Positions 47,889 to 60,819 of a stretch of DNA of 64,000 bases are shown here, piece by piece. The DNA is taken from assembly GCA_010405405.1 (NCBI GenBank), contig MU004230.1, forward strand, positions 2,638,627 through 2,702,626, given 5' to 3'. The position numbers and the translations under genes are program-made. How positions within the stretch are numbered: the stretch's first letter is position 1; the number at the start of each line of letters is the position of its first letter. The notes under the pieces were generated by a model. The model was not told the origin of the DNA, did not search any database, and was given only the letters and a program-made list of their open reading frames with translations. Origin of the DNA: Microthyrium microscopicum (Eukaryota).

Positions 47889-50450
47889 TTGACGGAACCT
47901 CCCAATCCCCGGAGCCGTCCTCCTGCAGGCACGCTGTGGACTCCAACTCTTCCTGCTTCTAACGACGATCACGACGATACGACTTTTGAACCTTATTCTA
48001 CATCATTACAGCAACGTCTATATTCTGAGCCTTTGCTGGGTCCAAAGCTGTATTCTCGTCCATCAAGCTCCTCTGGGAGCAGTCACACACTTCGACGAAC
48101 TCCTAATTTCGACCAACAATCACGAACCCGGTCTACTTCTGTTACCTCAAGTCACCGGGCAACCCCTAGACCAGTAGATCAACAGGCACCAGGGCCACCC
48201 CGTCCCCAAGTCCGCTTTGTCGAACCGCTTGTACAAGTCAGAACACGGTCCTCTTCCACATCTGCACTTCCAGACTACTCTACAGTAGCTCGGCATCCAG
48301 CAACTCGAATATCTCGTAGAACAGCTTCCGCCATACTATCCGCGCTGGAGTCTCTCCGGGCTCCGTTTCCCTTCACCCCGGATCTGGTGGAGGAGAACGC
48401 AGAAATGTCGGACCTTGCTCCGGGCGTGGGCCCATCGAGTAGTGGACGCGCGACTAATGGCGGCGCAAGACCCCAAGGTGCTGTTCCAGTCTCTCAGGGC
48501 CAACAGGCGAAACTCACTACTCCAACGGACATTATGCGCCGGCGGCGTGAGCGCGAGGAAGCAAAACAGCAAGCAGAAGCTGCTGCTCAGGGACAAACTA
48601 CGCCTACGCCAGAACAGTCATCACAGCGCCTGCCAGAACGATTACGCACAGATGAGAGACCGGATATACCTATCGGACAACCGCGAACTCAGCAACCTCA
48701 TCGCAGAGCTACTAGCGAAGCTACCCCAGGTCAAGGGCCTCCGTCATATGCGCCCACTGGTCAGCCTTCAGCATCTGCTTCCGGTGCTGGAGGTTCGTTC
48801 AACCCTCGGACCGGCCAACCTACTTCACAATCGCAAGACCCTTCGATACCAGGCCGACCACGGGCCAACACTCAGGGATCTGGCCAATCTCGACCCGTTC
48901 CTCCCTCCAGTCAACAGCCAGGTACACAACGGTATTCTTCTCAGCAGCAAAACCCGTCCGCTAGTGGCCAACCTCAACCTCGTGTCTCTGCACAGTCTGG
49001 GCCTAGCGTACAGCGCCCTTCGGCACCAACTAGCTCTGCAGGTTCCATGCAACCCGCGATTTCAAACTTCCCTCATGCATTTGAACGATGGGAGACCCTT
49101 TCGTCACACTGGGAAGGTCTAACATCGTATTGGATTAGGCGATTAGAGCAAAATACCGAGGAGCTTCGACGCGAACCTCTTTTGCAACAGCTTTCACGGC
49201 AAGTTACGGATCTTTCAGCAGCTGGAGCAAATCTATTCCACGGCGTAGTTGAATTGCAAAAGCTTCGTGCTTCATCGGAGCGTAAGTTCCAACGATGGTT
49301 TTACGAAACTAGAAAAGAGACGGAACGACAACAAGAGGTTGCTGCTCAGTACGAACAAGCACTAGTTGGCGAACGACGAGCTCATGCCGCTGACCTGAGT
49401 CTCTTGCAAGGCGAAATTGACTCGTCACATTCAACTATTGGAAGACTTGAAAAACAGCTTTCAGAAATGCAGCGCGAGCAACATATATCCAAAGAGGAGG
49501 CGCGTCGTGCGTGGGAAGAGCTAGGTCGTCGTGAACAAGAAGCTCGAGATCAAGTCACTGCATTAAGAGAAGGGCAACCTATTCTAGTCGGTGGTATTCA
49601 AGTGTTCCCAACAGCTCATCAAACATCTGGCCGCCAACAGAGCATGTCTGGTGCCGCACCGGGAGGCTCTGGTCGTCCAACAACCCGAGATGGTTCCGGT
49701 GCTCCGCCAGCAATGTCTGGCGTACCGGAAGGTGCATATGGGCAACCAATTCTTCAAGGCTCTCCAACACATACTGATCCATTCACGGAGCATGGCGGTA
49801 TGCCACGTACCCAGCCATCAGCCACCAACGGGATGCATACTTCAGCACCCGAAGCTTTTGCCTCGCCTTCAGGAGGAGCAGGGTTCTACCAACAACCCAC
49901 TTCTTACCTCCATGGTGCGCCAGGCCACAGAGTGACAGCACCGGGTACTGAAGAAACCTTTTCCTCAGATCACGACGAAGACGATTATGAATACGACGAA
50001 CACGGTCGCCCTCGAACCGACGTCCACGGAAATCCAATTGTCTGGCGCCGCGGCCACCCAATCCTCGCTGATGACGACGATGAGGATACTGCAGACGACA
50101 TTGAGCACGAGCGAGCAATGCGCGCCAAATACGGCCCAAACACCTCCACAGCCGTCTCCTATCCACAAGTACCAGCACCCACTTCCGCTCGCATCAACCC
50201 AGTTTCCGCGCCTACTACAGCGGGTGCCGTTAGTGTTGGGCCAAGTCACCTGCACCCCGCAACTGCTGGTGGAGCAGGCTTTGGCGCGCCCGTTGACTAT
50301 GAAGGCGAAGGCTATGAGGACTCTGACTTCGACGTCAACCAATATCCATCGCGCCTAAGCATAGTGGACGAGGTTGATGAGGAGGCGAGTCGAGCAAGTG
50401 AGATTAGCGGTCGTAGTGGACGGCATACACCGCGTCAACCACCATTCTAG
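47889..50450 (+). CDS. Hypothetical coiled-coil protein; first AUG at 48405, open frame extends to a TTG at 47889
   Basis: 853-codon ORF with a helical core (FPHAFERWETLSSHWEGLTSYWIRRLE...AAGANLFHGVVELQKLRASSERKFQRWF) flanked by low-complexity regions. Confidence 0.8.
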   Translation: MTEPPNPRSRPPAGTLWTPTLPASNDDHDDTTFEPYSTSLQQRLYSEPLLGPKLYSRPSSSSGSSHTLRRTPNFDQQSRTRSTSVTSSHRATPRPVDQQAPGPPRPQVRFVEPLVQVRTRSSSTSALPDYSTVARHPATRISRRTASAILSALESLRAPFPFTPDLVEENAEMSDLAPGVGPSSSGRATNGGARPQGAVPVSQGQQAKLTTPTDIMRRRREREEAKQQAEAAAQGQTTPTPEQSSQRLPERLRTDERPDIPIGQPRTQQPHRRATSEATPGQGPPSYAPTGQPSASASGAGGSFNPRTGQPTSQSQDPSIPGRPRANTQGSGQSRPVPPSSQQPGTQRYSSQQQNPSASGQPQPRVSAQSGPSVQRPSAPTSSAGSMQPAISNFPHAFERWETLSSHWEGLTSYWIRRLEQNTEELRREPLLQQLSRQVTDLSAAGANLFHGVVELQKLRASSERKFQRWFYETRKETERQQEVAAQYEQALVGERRAHAADLSLLQGEIDSSHSTIGRLEKQLSEMQREQHISKEEARRAWEELGRREQEARDQVTALREGQPILVGGIQVFPTAHQTSGRQQSMSGAAPGGSGRPTTRDGSGAPPAMSGVPEGAYGQPILQGSPTHTDPFTEHGGMPRTQPSATNGMHTSAPEAFASPSGGAGFYQQPTSYLHGAPGHRVTAPGTEETFSSDHDEDDYEYDEHGRPRTDVHGNPIVWRRGHPILADDDDEDTADDIEHERAMRAKYGPNTSTAVSYPQVPAPTSARINPVSAPTTAGAVSVGPSHLHPATAGGAGFGAPVDYEGEGYEDSDFDVNQYPSRLSIVDEVDEEASRASEISGRSGRHTPRQPPF

Positions 50451-51150
50451 CAGGATTATTGTACGGGCTGATTAATCTGTGGCATCATCATCACATTCCA
50501 ACGCACTACATCCAATCCACTTAGTCTCCGTCACGCCTTTCTCCTTTGGCCTTCTACATGCATATATGCATTTGCTGGATGCATTCTGTTCATTAATTGC
50601 ATTATTTCTTTGGCTTTTGGTCTGCTTTTCCGTTGCAGCTCTTGCCGGATACCCCCTTTGTTGTTTTGTTTTGGATTCTTCTTCATTCCTGCTTTGTTGA
50701 TTTATACATAGCATTGAAAGTCCTGTTCTCATGTTATTTCTATATATACAGTTCAATTATATCATCAGCCAGCATATAGCTTGGTTTGTTCCGGTTTTTC
50801 TTATCATCCATTCTTCTATCAGTAGTTGTCCACTGTCGATAAGGAATATTTGCTTCTGTTTAGATTTCTTACTACCAAGCTTCTTTACATGTATGAGTAT
50901 TGTTAATATGGTACGGTGTAAAAAGTTCTGAGCTAGAGTTTTGCTATGAGAAGCATTTTGATGGCTGCATGGTATGGATTGGGCGGCGGAAGCGTTTGCT
51001 TCTTGGTTTTGGGCTGGATATATAGGAGGATAATAGAATAATATTACTAGATCACGACGGAGAAGTGCGCCAGTTGTCAGCATGTTCGATGTGCTGGAGT
51101 TTAGACTGCGATAGACATCTTGTAGTGGATGCCAATAGAGTACTGGGAAG

Positions 51151-51325
51151 CACTTGCCGTAAGTCAAATATCGTACTTGTCGTAAATCGAGTATCGTACT
51201 TGCTATAAGTCGAATATCGTACTTGCCGTAAATCGAGTATCGTACTTGCTATAAATTGAATATCGTACTTGCCGTAAATCGACGAGGAGTATCGTACTTG
51301 CCAAAAGTCGAATATCGTTCTTGCG
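51151..51325. repeat. 23-bp minisatellite (TATCGTACTTGC...), ~7 copies with alternating A/B units
   Basis: Units TATCGTACTTGCCGTAAATCGAG and TATCGTACTTGCTATAAGTCGAA alternate; one unit has a 6-bp insertion. Confidence 0.9.
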
Positions 51326-51538
51326 ATATTTGAACTGACGAGCATCGAGATTGTTGGCGCCGTAACTTTCCATATAAAATCTACGATTCCATCTTAAAAC
51401 TCATTGCTATCACTAAACTGGTCAACGAAGTAAAGGCATTGAGCGAACAGAATCACAGTCATACATCTACCCAGAGCCTCGTCCAACGACTGTTCCAACC
51501 TCAACTGCTCCTTGACGCTGAACAGCCATCTGTCAAGC

Positions 51539-53322
51539 ATGACAGCTCCACATCTTCCAGGTAATATCTGGCGTATGATCTTCGAGGAACTCCTGGCTTC
51601 GACCTTCATACTTAAAGTTCTGAAATATCGTCTTGTCAACAGTAGTGCCCCCGTATATATCGTATCGTTCTACAAGCTTGACCTAACTGCTGCGTAGAAT
51701 CTTTTTGCTCAGAGATAACCCGAGCATTCTTCGTTATCCAGAATCGCCTCATCTTCGGGCCTGCCTATAAACGTCCCCGCGGCCCTCGCCTTGCTGACCG
51801 TGTTGATCGACAAATTCTCGCATTTCGATGCTGCGTGCAACAATTTGACAACTTACAATCAGACCTTCCGTTCTGCCGTGTGGCCAACCAGGTTTTGGAT
51901 TTCTGTGAAGCCAAGTCTCAAAGTCATGGCGGCTTGGCTGCTCCCCGAGTGAAGTACATTCATGGACTCTGCATAGCATATGCTCTTGGTTCAAGCGCTA
52001 ATGGCGACTTTGACGTCCTGTCACATCTGAAGGCCTTCCCTGATGAAGCAGAACTGCCGGAGAAAGAACTAAAAGTGCTAGGACTTATTGCTGCAACATC
52101 AATTGACGACATAGCTTTGGCCCAAGCTCTGCTAATTCTAAGTCCGGAAACTTATCCATTTGGCAAAAGGTGTACGGACTACAGGTGCCTCTTCTTCAAA
52201 ACTTGTATCCACGACTCCCGATTGGGCTTTTCGAATGCCTTTTCCGTTGCTGCATACCTAGGGCGTCTGCACTCTGTGCAATTGATACTCAAATATGCTC
52301 ACAAGGTCGATACACCAACTGGTCATCTTTTTAGAGCAGCTCGTTTAGGCGCTGAGCGGGGCCATACCAAGATTTTCAAGCTCTTAAACTTCCGCGCCTG
52401 GCGAGCTAACATGGGCAAGGAGAATGAAACGAGTGAAGTCTGCAGTCGCATTTTCCACGACTTGCTCCAGGCTGCATGCAGAAGGGGCTGCCAGGAAATC
52501 GCTGAAGACATACTCAATGCAGCTAAGCTATATGACCAGGACAAGCAGAAGTGGATTGCATTTATTGCCCAAGAGGCTTGTCATTATGGCAAAATCGAGA
52601 TGCTGAAATGGATCTTGAAGAAGCACCTTGGTACCAGCGCAAAGCCACATCTTGACGTCGGAAGAGCGGTTTCCGGGGGACACGTCAAGGCTATCCAAAT
52701 GCTCCTACAAGTAGAAGGTTTCACTTTGAACGAGCATCACCTTGAGATGGCTGTCGCTCATGGACATGTGGATGTCATTCGCATTTTCCTCGACGACTAC
52801 AAATATCTCTTCGTAGGAGATCTAAGATTTCTCTCGCTATCCTGCCTATTTCGCAAGGCTATACACTTTACCCAGATCTCAGTCATGCGCTTTGCTATAG
52901 CGCGAGGCCTCAACTTACAAGACGACGACGACGGCTTATTCGACGACATGTGGCATATGGTCGATGCTGACAATGACTTATCTCCTAGTCATACTATCGG
53001 CCACAGTGCTCTCCATTTCGCCATTCATCGAGGCAACAAGCCCGCAGTGCGAGAATTGATTGTCAAATTGGGGGTCGACGCTACTGGGGTTATGAGCTTT
53101 GCAAAGACTTGCCATCATGAACACTTGGTCCAATACTTGGTCGAGCTTGGTGTGGGAAACGAGCCACCAAGCAGGCGATTCATACGTCGACGCTTTGCGC
53201 CTCGATATCAATGGAGAAGTTCGATTGACCCGGAAACGATGGATATCTCTACAACCAGGGTGGATGGTTATGCTGACTGGCCCTTGAAAGATGCTCCAGT
53301 CGACCGCTTCTGGCAACTCTGA
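51539..53322 (+). CDS. Ankyrin-repeat protein with F-box-like N-terminus
   Basis: Exon 1 LPGNIWRMIFEEL..KYRLVN, intron 51642-51697, then KSF, in frame with ORF 51835-53322. Ankyrin-like repeats AAYLGRL, ACRRGC, ACHYGK, AVSGGH, AVAHGH and ALHFAIHRGN. Confidence 0.75.
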
Positions 53323-53843
53323 TATAGTGAAGAGTTACGTTCCCGGAGATTCTGGTTTTGGTGATGATTGAATCCTTACGTTACTCCGCTGAAGTATTCT
53401 AGATAGGTAATCGTTAAGCGCAGTTTTTTGGGCATTACACGAATACTTATTTGAAGTCCTTTTTTTTCACCACATCGTTCGAAAATAGTATTGAGAAGCA
53501 AACACCAGTGTCATCTGGCTGATGTTTGTCGCACGAGCTACTCGTCTTGTGCCGCGATTTAAAACCAGAACTTTCAATGTCGTTGGATCGTTTGCTTTCA
53601 TGCTGGTAACTTGTATATGAAGTCGTGTATAGAACGCCTGTCAGATAGGTAGACAAGGTTCTATATTATCAAGCAAGACTAGAGTAGTCGCTAAACGGGT
53701 GGCTGCTTACGTTGCCCCAGAGCCCCGATTTGAACTTGACCAAGTCGAGAACTACGACTCTACTACTTTTCAACGCGATTTGTATCGAAAGACTTCATCT
53801 TAGCTTTCAAAGTCAGATCAAAGTTTACGGCACCCTTTCCGAT

Positions 53844-54874
53844 ATGGGAGCTACTCTTTCACAGTTGTGGCCACCAAAGCCAACCTTAACAGAGAGGAAC
53901 ATCCAATCTCAAAAGGGCAAGGTATTTCTAATCACAGGAGCCAACTCCGGAATTGGTCTTGAAATGACGAAGATCTTGTATGATGCTGGCGCGACTATAT
54001 ACATGGCCTGTAGAACCCAGGACAAGACAGAAGCAGCCATGAAGGGCATAGTCTCCGGCGCAAAAGCTCCCAAGGACAGCACTGGCAGACTAGAATTCCT
54101 ACAATTAGATCTTAGCGATCTTTCCAGCATCAAATCCTCCGCCGCCACCTTCCTATCCAAAGAATCAAAACTCGATGTTCTCTTCAACAACGCTGGCATC
54201 TCGCAGCCCCCAGCGGGTCTGGTCAGCGCTCAAGGACACGATATCCAAATTGCTACAAATTGCTTCGGTCCCCTCCTCTTCACTGACCTAGTTCTGCCAG
54301 CCCTTCGTGCAGCCGCACCGTGCAGCACACCAGGCGCAGTCCGCATTGTCTGGACATCAAGTCAAATGGTCGACTTGGCGGCTGGCAAAGACGGCTTCTC
54401 CATGTCCGACATGCAAAATCCGCCCAAAGATAACACGCAAATCTACACAAACACCAAGACAGGAAACTGGTTCCTCGCAAGTGAAGTAGGCAAGCGCGTG
54501 GATGCTGATGGGATTTTGAGTATCACGCAGAATCCAGGCGGCTTAAAAACGAATGTGCTGAGGACAGCGCCCAAGTGGATGATGTGGATCAGTTGGCCGA
54601 TGCTGTGGCCGCCGATTTATGGTGCTTACACGGAGCTCTGGGTAAGTGAAGTCTGGTTGTATGGTGGGATGGTAGTTACTAATGGGAATAGACTGGATTG
54701 TCGCCGGAGTTGGGGATGGCGGATCAAGGTGCTTATATCATTCCTTGGGGTAGGAAGCATCCTGGTCAGAGAAAGGATCTGCATCTGGCGTTGAAGGACA
54801 AGGAGGAGGGAGGATCTGGCCGAGCTGGAGAATTCTATGAGTGGTGCGAAGAGATGATCAAAGATTATAGATAA
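53844..54874 (+). CDS. Short-chain dehydrogenase/reductase (retinol dehydrogenase-like)
   Basis: TGANSGIG, LDLSDL, NNAG and YTNTK motifs; intron 54642-54691; C-terminal YIIPWG. Confidence 0.9.
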
Positions 54875-55145
54875 GGCATATATTAAAACTCGACCCGAGA
54901 AGAGTATCAGGTTTACAGTCAAGGATCCTTGAGTAATTTCGAAGGTCTTATTCTGATTGATGGCCATGGAAAAGCTCACTGAAGTAGCTTTGGGGATTTC
55001 CTATTTTCTATTTGAGTCCGACTAAGAATACTTGATCTTAGACAAACGGGCGTTTTCCGATGACATGAAAAGTTGGCGCTCAAAATGAATTACAGCTCTT
55101 AGCCTTCAACGCGAGATGCTCTTGAACTTTGAATTATATAAGAAC

Positions 55146-57113
55146 TCACTTCCATTGAGTGATGTCCTTGGTAGGTTTCGGGATTTTGAAAGGATGCGCT
55201 TCGGTGTTACTAAGGTATATATCAGTATATAAGTTTGCAAGAGTTCAGATGACTTACAAGACATAATCGTCCAAGCTGATAAGTTCAGGTTCACTGAATA
55301 TCAAGTAAAAGTATTTCAACGTCTCTGCCATCCAGAATGATTCACTGGCGTCTGTTCTCGTTGGACTAGCATCATTGACATCAAGGATTGACGCAAAGGA
55401 TATATCTGTTTGTGTAGCGGCAATAATCGATTGAAACATCTTCCAGGCGATCTCCTGATATTTCTTGTCGCCCGTGATTCGGTACAGTACAAAAACAGAC
55501 TCGATGGCTTCGGGACTGTAATGATGTTAGTAAGTAATACAATCTTGATTCCAAGACGACGTACCGTAGAATATATCGTGGGTCATGTATGCGAGACATG
55601 CCTTCTGGGATCCGCAACGATTCGGCAATCTTTGCAGCTCTGGCAGGGGCATCTACGGCTTTCACCTCATCAGGACTAGAAACTGGATGCTCTTTGCCGA
55701 TTTCAGCTAGCCACCTTGAGCGATCCCATTTGTTCTTTGGATCCTTTTCAGTAGGTGGTATAGCGCTGAAAACCTCCGGCATGATACCCGTTGCGGTCGT
55801 GGAGTAAGCCCAGGCACAACCATCAACGAGCTTCTTTGCGATCTCAATATCGCCATCAAGGCCGAATACCTTGGCAGATAGAGCAACCAATCCTCCAACG
55901 AAACAAGTCAGATGTTGTCCTTCTGGCCGGAGTTTGACTTTGCCAAATTGAACTTCAGTTGAGCCACTGAGCAAGATGTCAAGATTATCCGGATTCATGG
56001 GTTTGAAAAACAGCTGTTCTTTGGCGACTTTTATGTAGGCTTCGTACATATGACGTTGCTGGTCTGACTGTCCTCCAAGGATAATGTATTGCTTTGGAAT
56101 ATATTCGTACATAGAGTCGGCCCGACCACCCATAGAGAAAAGTGTGTCATCTTTGAATGACTGTGTTTGGGCGTTGAAGACGACTGGCCAAAGCCCTGGA
56201 AGTTTGGTCTCCTGCTGTTCTTGCTCTAGAATGTTGAAAACTCGCTGAATGGCATCGTAGTACTTGGGATCACCTGTTATTTGTGAAAGCTTGGTGAACT
56301 CTAAGCCCATTGATCCAAACTCTGCAGCAAGCACATAAGCATGAGGCTCTTCTGGGATACCCTCAAAGTTACTGTTCACGATTAGTCAAATCCATCGTGC
56401 TTTGAACCTTGAGCTTACTTTTGCCAGGTCCATCTTGTCACTGGCATTCTGTTAGTAGTATCAAAAGCATGATACAACATCTCGCCCAGTTCTTTGGCCT
56501 TCCTCAAAAGAACGCCATTGTCTTTGCCCTCTGCGAGTTCATGCGCACTAAGTAAACCACCAAGAAATCTAATGGTAGTTTCAAAAACATTTATAGTCTT
56601 GATATGAGTGACGGAAAAATCAATACCCTCGACGGCCTTGACAGCCTCTTGAAATTCATCCTCAAGTCCCATGATGAGTAAGGAGTCCAAGGAATCGACT
56701 AAGGTTGCTCCCCATCCCCCAAAGTGGTCCTTCCAGGCGTGGGACAGGGGCGCAAACTCGTCGTGGCCATATGCATTATCTTTATATGCTTTCCACGAAC
56801 GATTGAAAGCATCCAAGACTGCTTGCTGCTTTTCCAGTCTGGCGGACTTTTCTGATTCTGATTCTGATTTGAAAGTAGCCTGAATCTTGTTTAATGATTT
56901 TGGTGGTGTCTTAGGTAGTTCCAGGTATGCTGCGACGGGATGCTGTTGCGGTATAGCAGACCAGTCGATGTGATGCAAGTCAGATGACGGTAGAAATCCA
57001 GAAAAAGAAGCGTCCAGTCTTTTGAGATGAATAACATAGTAGAGTCCAGCCGCGGAAAGGAATATTAGAACAAGCCATCGCTGCAACGCTCGAGACATGA
57101 TTGAGGGCGCCAT
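55146..57113 (-). CDS. Class I alpha-1,2-mannosidase, glycoside hydrolase family 47
   Basis: Type II TM anchor, GWGATLVDSLD, FETTIRFLGGLLSA, AEFGS..LEF, ADSMYEY, HLTCF, YILRPE, ESFWMAETLKYFYL and NTEAHP; 3 introns. Confidence 0.93.
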
Positions 57114-58044
57114 GGGGTCTTGCTGGAGTGTAGTTGAACAGACAAGTTAATGCCTCTTCCGTATAAATTTGGTTCAATGAGTGACAGGGGTAAAGGAGTG
57201 ATGCTTTGTTGAATGTCGATTTACATTCTATCGTATCCCTTGATTGATGCGGAAGCTTGCCTCAAGGCTCATACAACCGATGTCCAAGCTCGTTAAAACA
57301 GATTTGTCGCGTCGTAAGTGCTTGAATGAAATGACAACGAATATAGTACAGGATAGACAAACAGTTCACAAATCATTCTTGAACATGAATAACAAAAAAA
57401 GACAACCTCTGAAGCCACCAAAATCGCGGCTGAAGAGCGACTCAAGGGATGGAGAAGGACTAGCGTTACCCCTTTTAGAATCATAAGGCGCATGGGCCAT
57501 CATTTGACGACGCTCCCCCTAACCGCAGGTGAGGTTTGGATCTTTTGTCATCAACTCACCAGCTTCTTCAAATCTGAAAATACCGCTAGATCTAGCTGAA
57601 AATAGGAAAAGGACTGTGTCTTCAAGATAATACGGAACCTCGGGACTTTGAACGCGGTTGGTTTACTGGGAGTTTAGTTGTACACATCGCAGACAGTGGA
57701 GCCACTACGCCTCATCAATGATGACAATGAGCATTGAGAATATCAGAACATAATTTCTCATATTGATCTGGATCTTCAATACTTCACTGGTTCCGTGGAT
57801 ATGTCCATCCTGACGCGCTCTTCGACAGGAACCTTTCATTTCACCTCTACGCTTTTGGTGTATTTCGATACTTCACCTTTCAGGTAGCCCTTCCACTTTC
57901 ACTTGTCAAAGCACCAGTTTGGAACGCTGGCATTCTCCGGTGGCTTTGCAATTCTCAAATCCGTCGACTTTGATTTCGATCTTGGAACCACCGGCAACCA
58001 AACTTCGCGACATATCAAACTCGTCCATCTTTGACCGGTTCATC

Positions 58045-58885
58045 ATGTCCGCCAATGAACGAAGCTCGTCCTCCATAGGGTGAGGCAAAACGTTTTGCAT
58101 AAAGTCCATCTCATTGACAAAAGCTTTCAGAATATTCCTGATCGGGGACTTCGACCGGGTCAAAAATAGTCAAAGCATCATTGCAAAGCTTCAAGAGATT
58201 TTCAACATCTCAGTACTACCTAAGTGGAGTCTGGAGTATCGGTTATACGTTACGAGACCTGAGCTGTCTGCAGCAAACGAATCAACCGCCCAACATGTGC
58301 TTTGGCTCAGCCATGTACCGAAAGTTCTAATTGGAATGCCTGAAGTCAAGGACAAAGTTACTTCTTTCCGCCTCGCAAAGATTCCAGCAACACGAAAAGG
58401 TAAGATTAATCTTTAACCCATTTAGGGTATTACAACTGGCCGATTGCCATTCAGTTTACTCTTGAGAAAAATCGACTCCTCATTTAGTGTTCCGCAAAAA
58501 TTCTGTGTACAATCTGGTACTAATGATATGCTTAGGCGATTACCAAAACTTCTTGAGTATGAAAAATACCCTGATCTGGACTCCAAAATCGCACGTCGGA
58601 ATTCTCAATGGAATGACTATCCAACAAAATGACTATACTGTGCGGATGGGAGAAGTACGCGCAGTGGGAACGAATCAAGGTTTGAGATCGTTCCTAATTG
58701 CGATTGAAGTCCCCTCCAAGGTAGCGGTTGATGGAAGCGTTGGGAAAGAGGAGGAGGAACGTGTTAGGTTCGAAGTGATGAGCCTGGTTAAAGCGCTTGG
58801 AACAGGCGAGACCAAAGAAGCCTGGGGATTCGGAGGAGAGCTCGATATAGTTCGAGCCTGGTGCGATATCATGAAGTCGCGGTAA
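58045..58885 (+). CDS. MED20: Mediator subunit 20 (Srb2)-like
   Basis: Three exons by eye: WSLEYRLY, QHVLWLSH, LIWTPK..GMTIQQNDYTVRMGEVR, IVRAWCDIM. Confidence 0.65.
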
Positions 58886-60819
58886 AAGGATTCCATGCGT
58901 CGTACATGTGTGACGCCCATATAACTTGAATGTCAATGTCTGGAGTTCAAAATCTTGGTTCAGCACACCTAATGACCATTATCTGCTTCTCTCCAATGCT
59001 ATAACGTGTGTAAAAGAGAGTTGTCACTGCATTGATTCCTTCAGATTCATTGCTTGAAAGCTACATGTACATATTCAGATGTAGAAGCTGATACGCTGCC
59101 TGGGAGAATTGGATAGAAAGTTGCAGGAGGATTCCGAATTATTCGCGCTCCTGCAGGAGCTAACACATTAAGGTAACACAGATATGCACCAATCCTTTTC
59201 AATTGCAGTGGTTATAGCCATTCGTCAATATGAGCATTGAGGATAATCCTTTGGTATTATAGGTACACACCGCTTAGCGGTGGTACGACCTCCCTTAAAG
59301 TTGCATCATTTGGTTGGTCAAGTTTAATTACTTTTATCGACTAATGCAACGCTACCAAGCAGGTGAGGCTGGGGAACTAGTCAAAGTCTTTGTCAAGTTC
59401 ATTCGATGTCCCGGTAAGCTTTGAGAACAGAGCACGCGTACATGATCTCTCCACGGCTCGGTCATATTGAAGCTTTTATGAAATTAACCATTGGTTCAGA
59501 ATCGCGCAACGAATTTGTCTAAATCAGAACTGGAATATGCGGCTCGTCGTTATTATGCCAAGGCAATAGGGTGGATTTTTATGCGACATGGCGAGTACTT
59601 GTCGAATACTTCCTTTGCCAAACCTCTTGACAACCCACAAAAACAAAGTTACAGGTTCGGCGTAAAACTAGGCTACAAAAGCATCGGAGACATATTGATA
59701 GTTTTATCCTTGATCCATCCCTTCCACGTGTGAGCCGCGAGCAGAGAAGTTCCTTCAAACTTCTAATCGCCATTTCGAGAGGACCGGACGGCAACCGATT
59801 GCCCCGCTTAATGTGCTTCGGTTGCTTCGGTCCCAAGGTTTGAGTGAAGCGACCCATCTGAAGTTCGCCTCTTTCAGGCACGTAAACGAACGAGGCCTTG
59901 TCACTTATTCAGACTCCAGAGTCAGAGACATTGTTGATATCTCGTCTCATTGGCATGTCCGTCATTCCCTTTTGCGCCTTGACTTTGACAATGTGCAATT
60001 TAAATTTGCTTGGTGGCTCTAAAGACTACTAGCCAGTTATCCTCTAGTCGTGGCGTTTGTCGACCGACATCTGACTTGTCAATCCAACCGCGCCTAGCTC
60101 AATCGCTGATCTGACCGTTACGAACTTACATGACACTCTCCAGAGTCCAGCTTGATCAACAAAACTTACTCCTTGCTCTGACAAAAAGCAACCAAGTAGC
60201 GCGGGTCACCTCATGCTATTGGGCAGAACCTCAACCACCCTTTTCCCTTTCTCGATTTCTTATTAGCTGATCAAGCCTCAATATCAATGCAATGTGCGGG
60301 ATAATCCGTTCCGATCTGAACTGCCGCGATATCTTCATCACAAATTCACAATCACATCCAGGAGCGTTATTTTTCTCCTTTGGTCACTGGTGAAATGCGG
60401 GGCAAGGCTGAATAATGTGGACGGCGTTGAGCGTCGAAAAGAAGACAGGGTCGCAAATCTGGATTTACAGATGACATGGACTCCAGCCGAACTGGAATCA
60501 ATGCGATTGGCTCATGTTCAGCTACATCAGCATGGGACTAGGCTAAGTTGAGTTGCTAATTGTCGAAATTTCGGGGAATGCTACTTGCTACCAGTCCAGA
60601 ATGAGATTAGACAAGAAGCTGATGCAGTTTGAGCAGAAGAAGAACATGCCACGAGCTGGTCCAGATCCAAGCATTGAGCTAGCACTTGTGGGGATCATGG
60701 CCAGTATGTGCTAGGAGTGGGCAGCGTTAGCAGTTCTGATTTGTGCAGGATTCCTGCACGATTATTGCAGAGGAGGAATTCAGTACTAACCTGATAGAGT
60801 CGTAATCCGCGCTAGTAGC

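Noticed and set aside
51151..51325. CRISPR-like array
   Set aside because: Eukaryotic context, contiguous tandem units without unique spacers, and no cas genes.
97..57177. Many 60-270 aa ORFs antisense to or overlapping the called genes
   Set aside because: They are shadow ORFs of real coding exons with no independent support.
59400..60810. Short ORFs next to the RIP block as a truncated gene
   Set aside because: I could not build a coherent gene model or recognise a domain.
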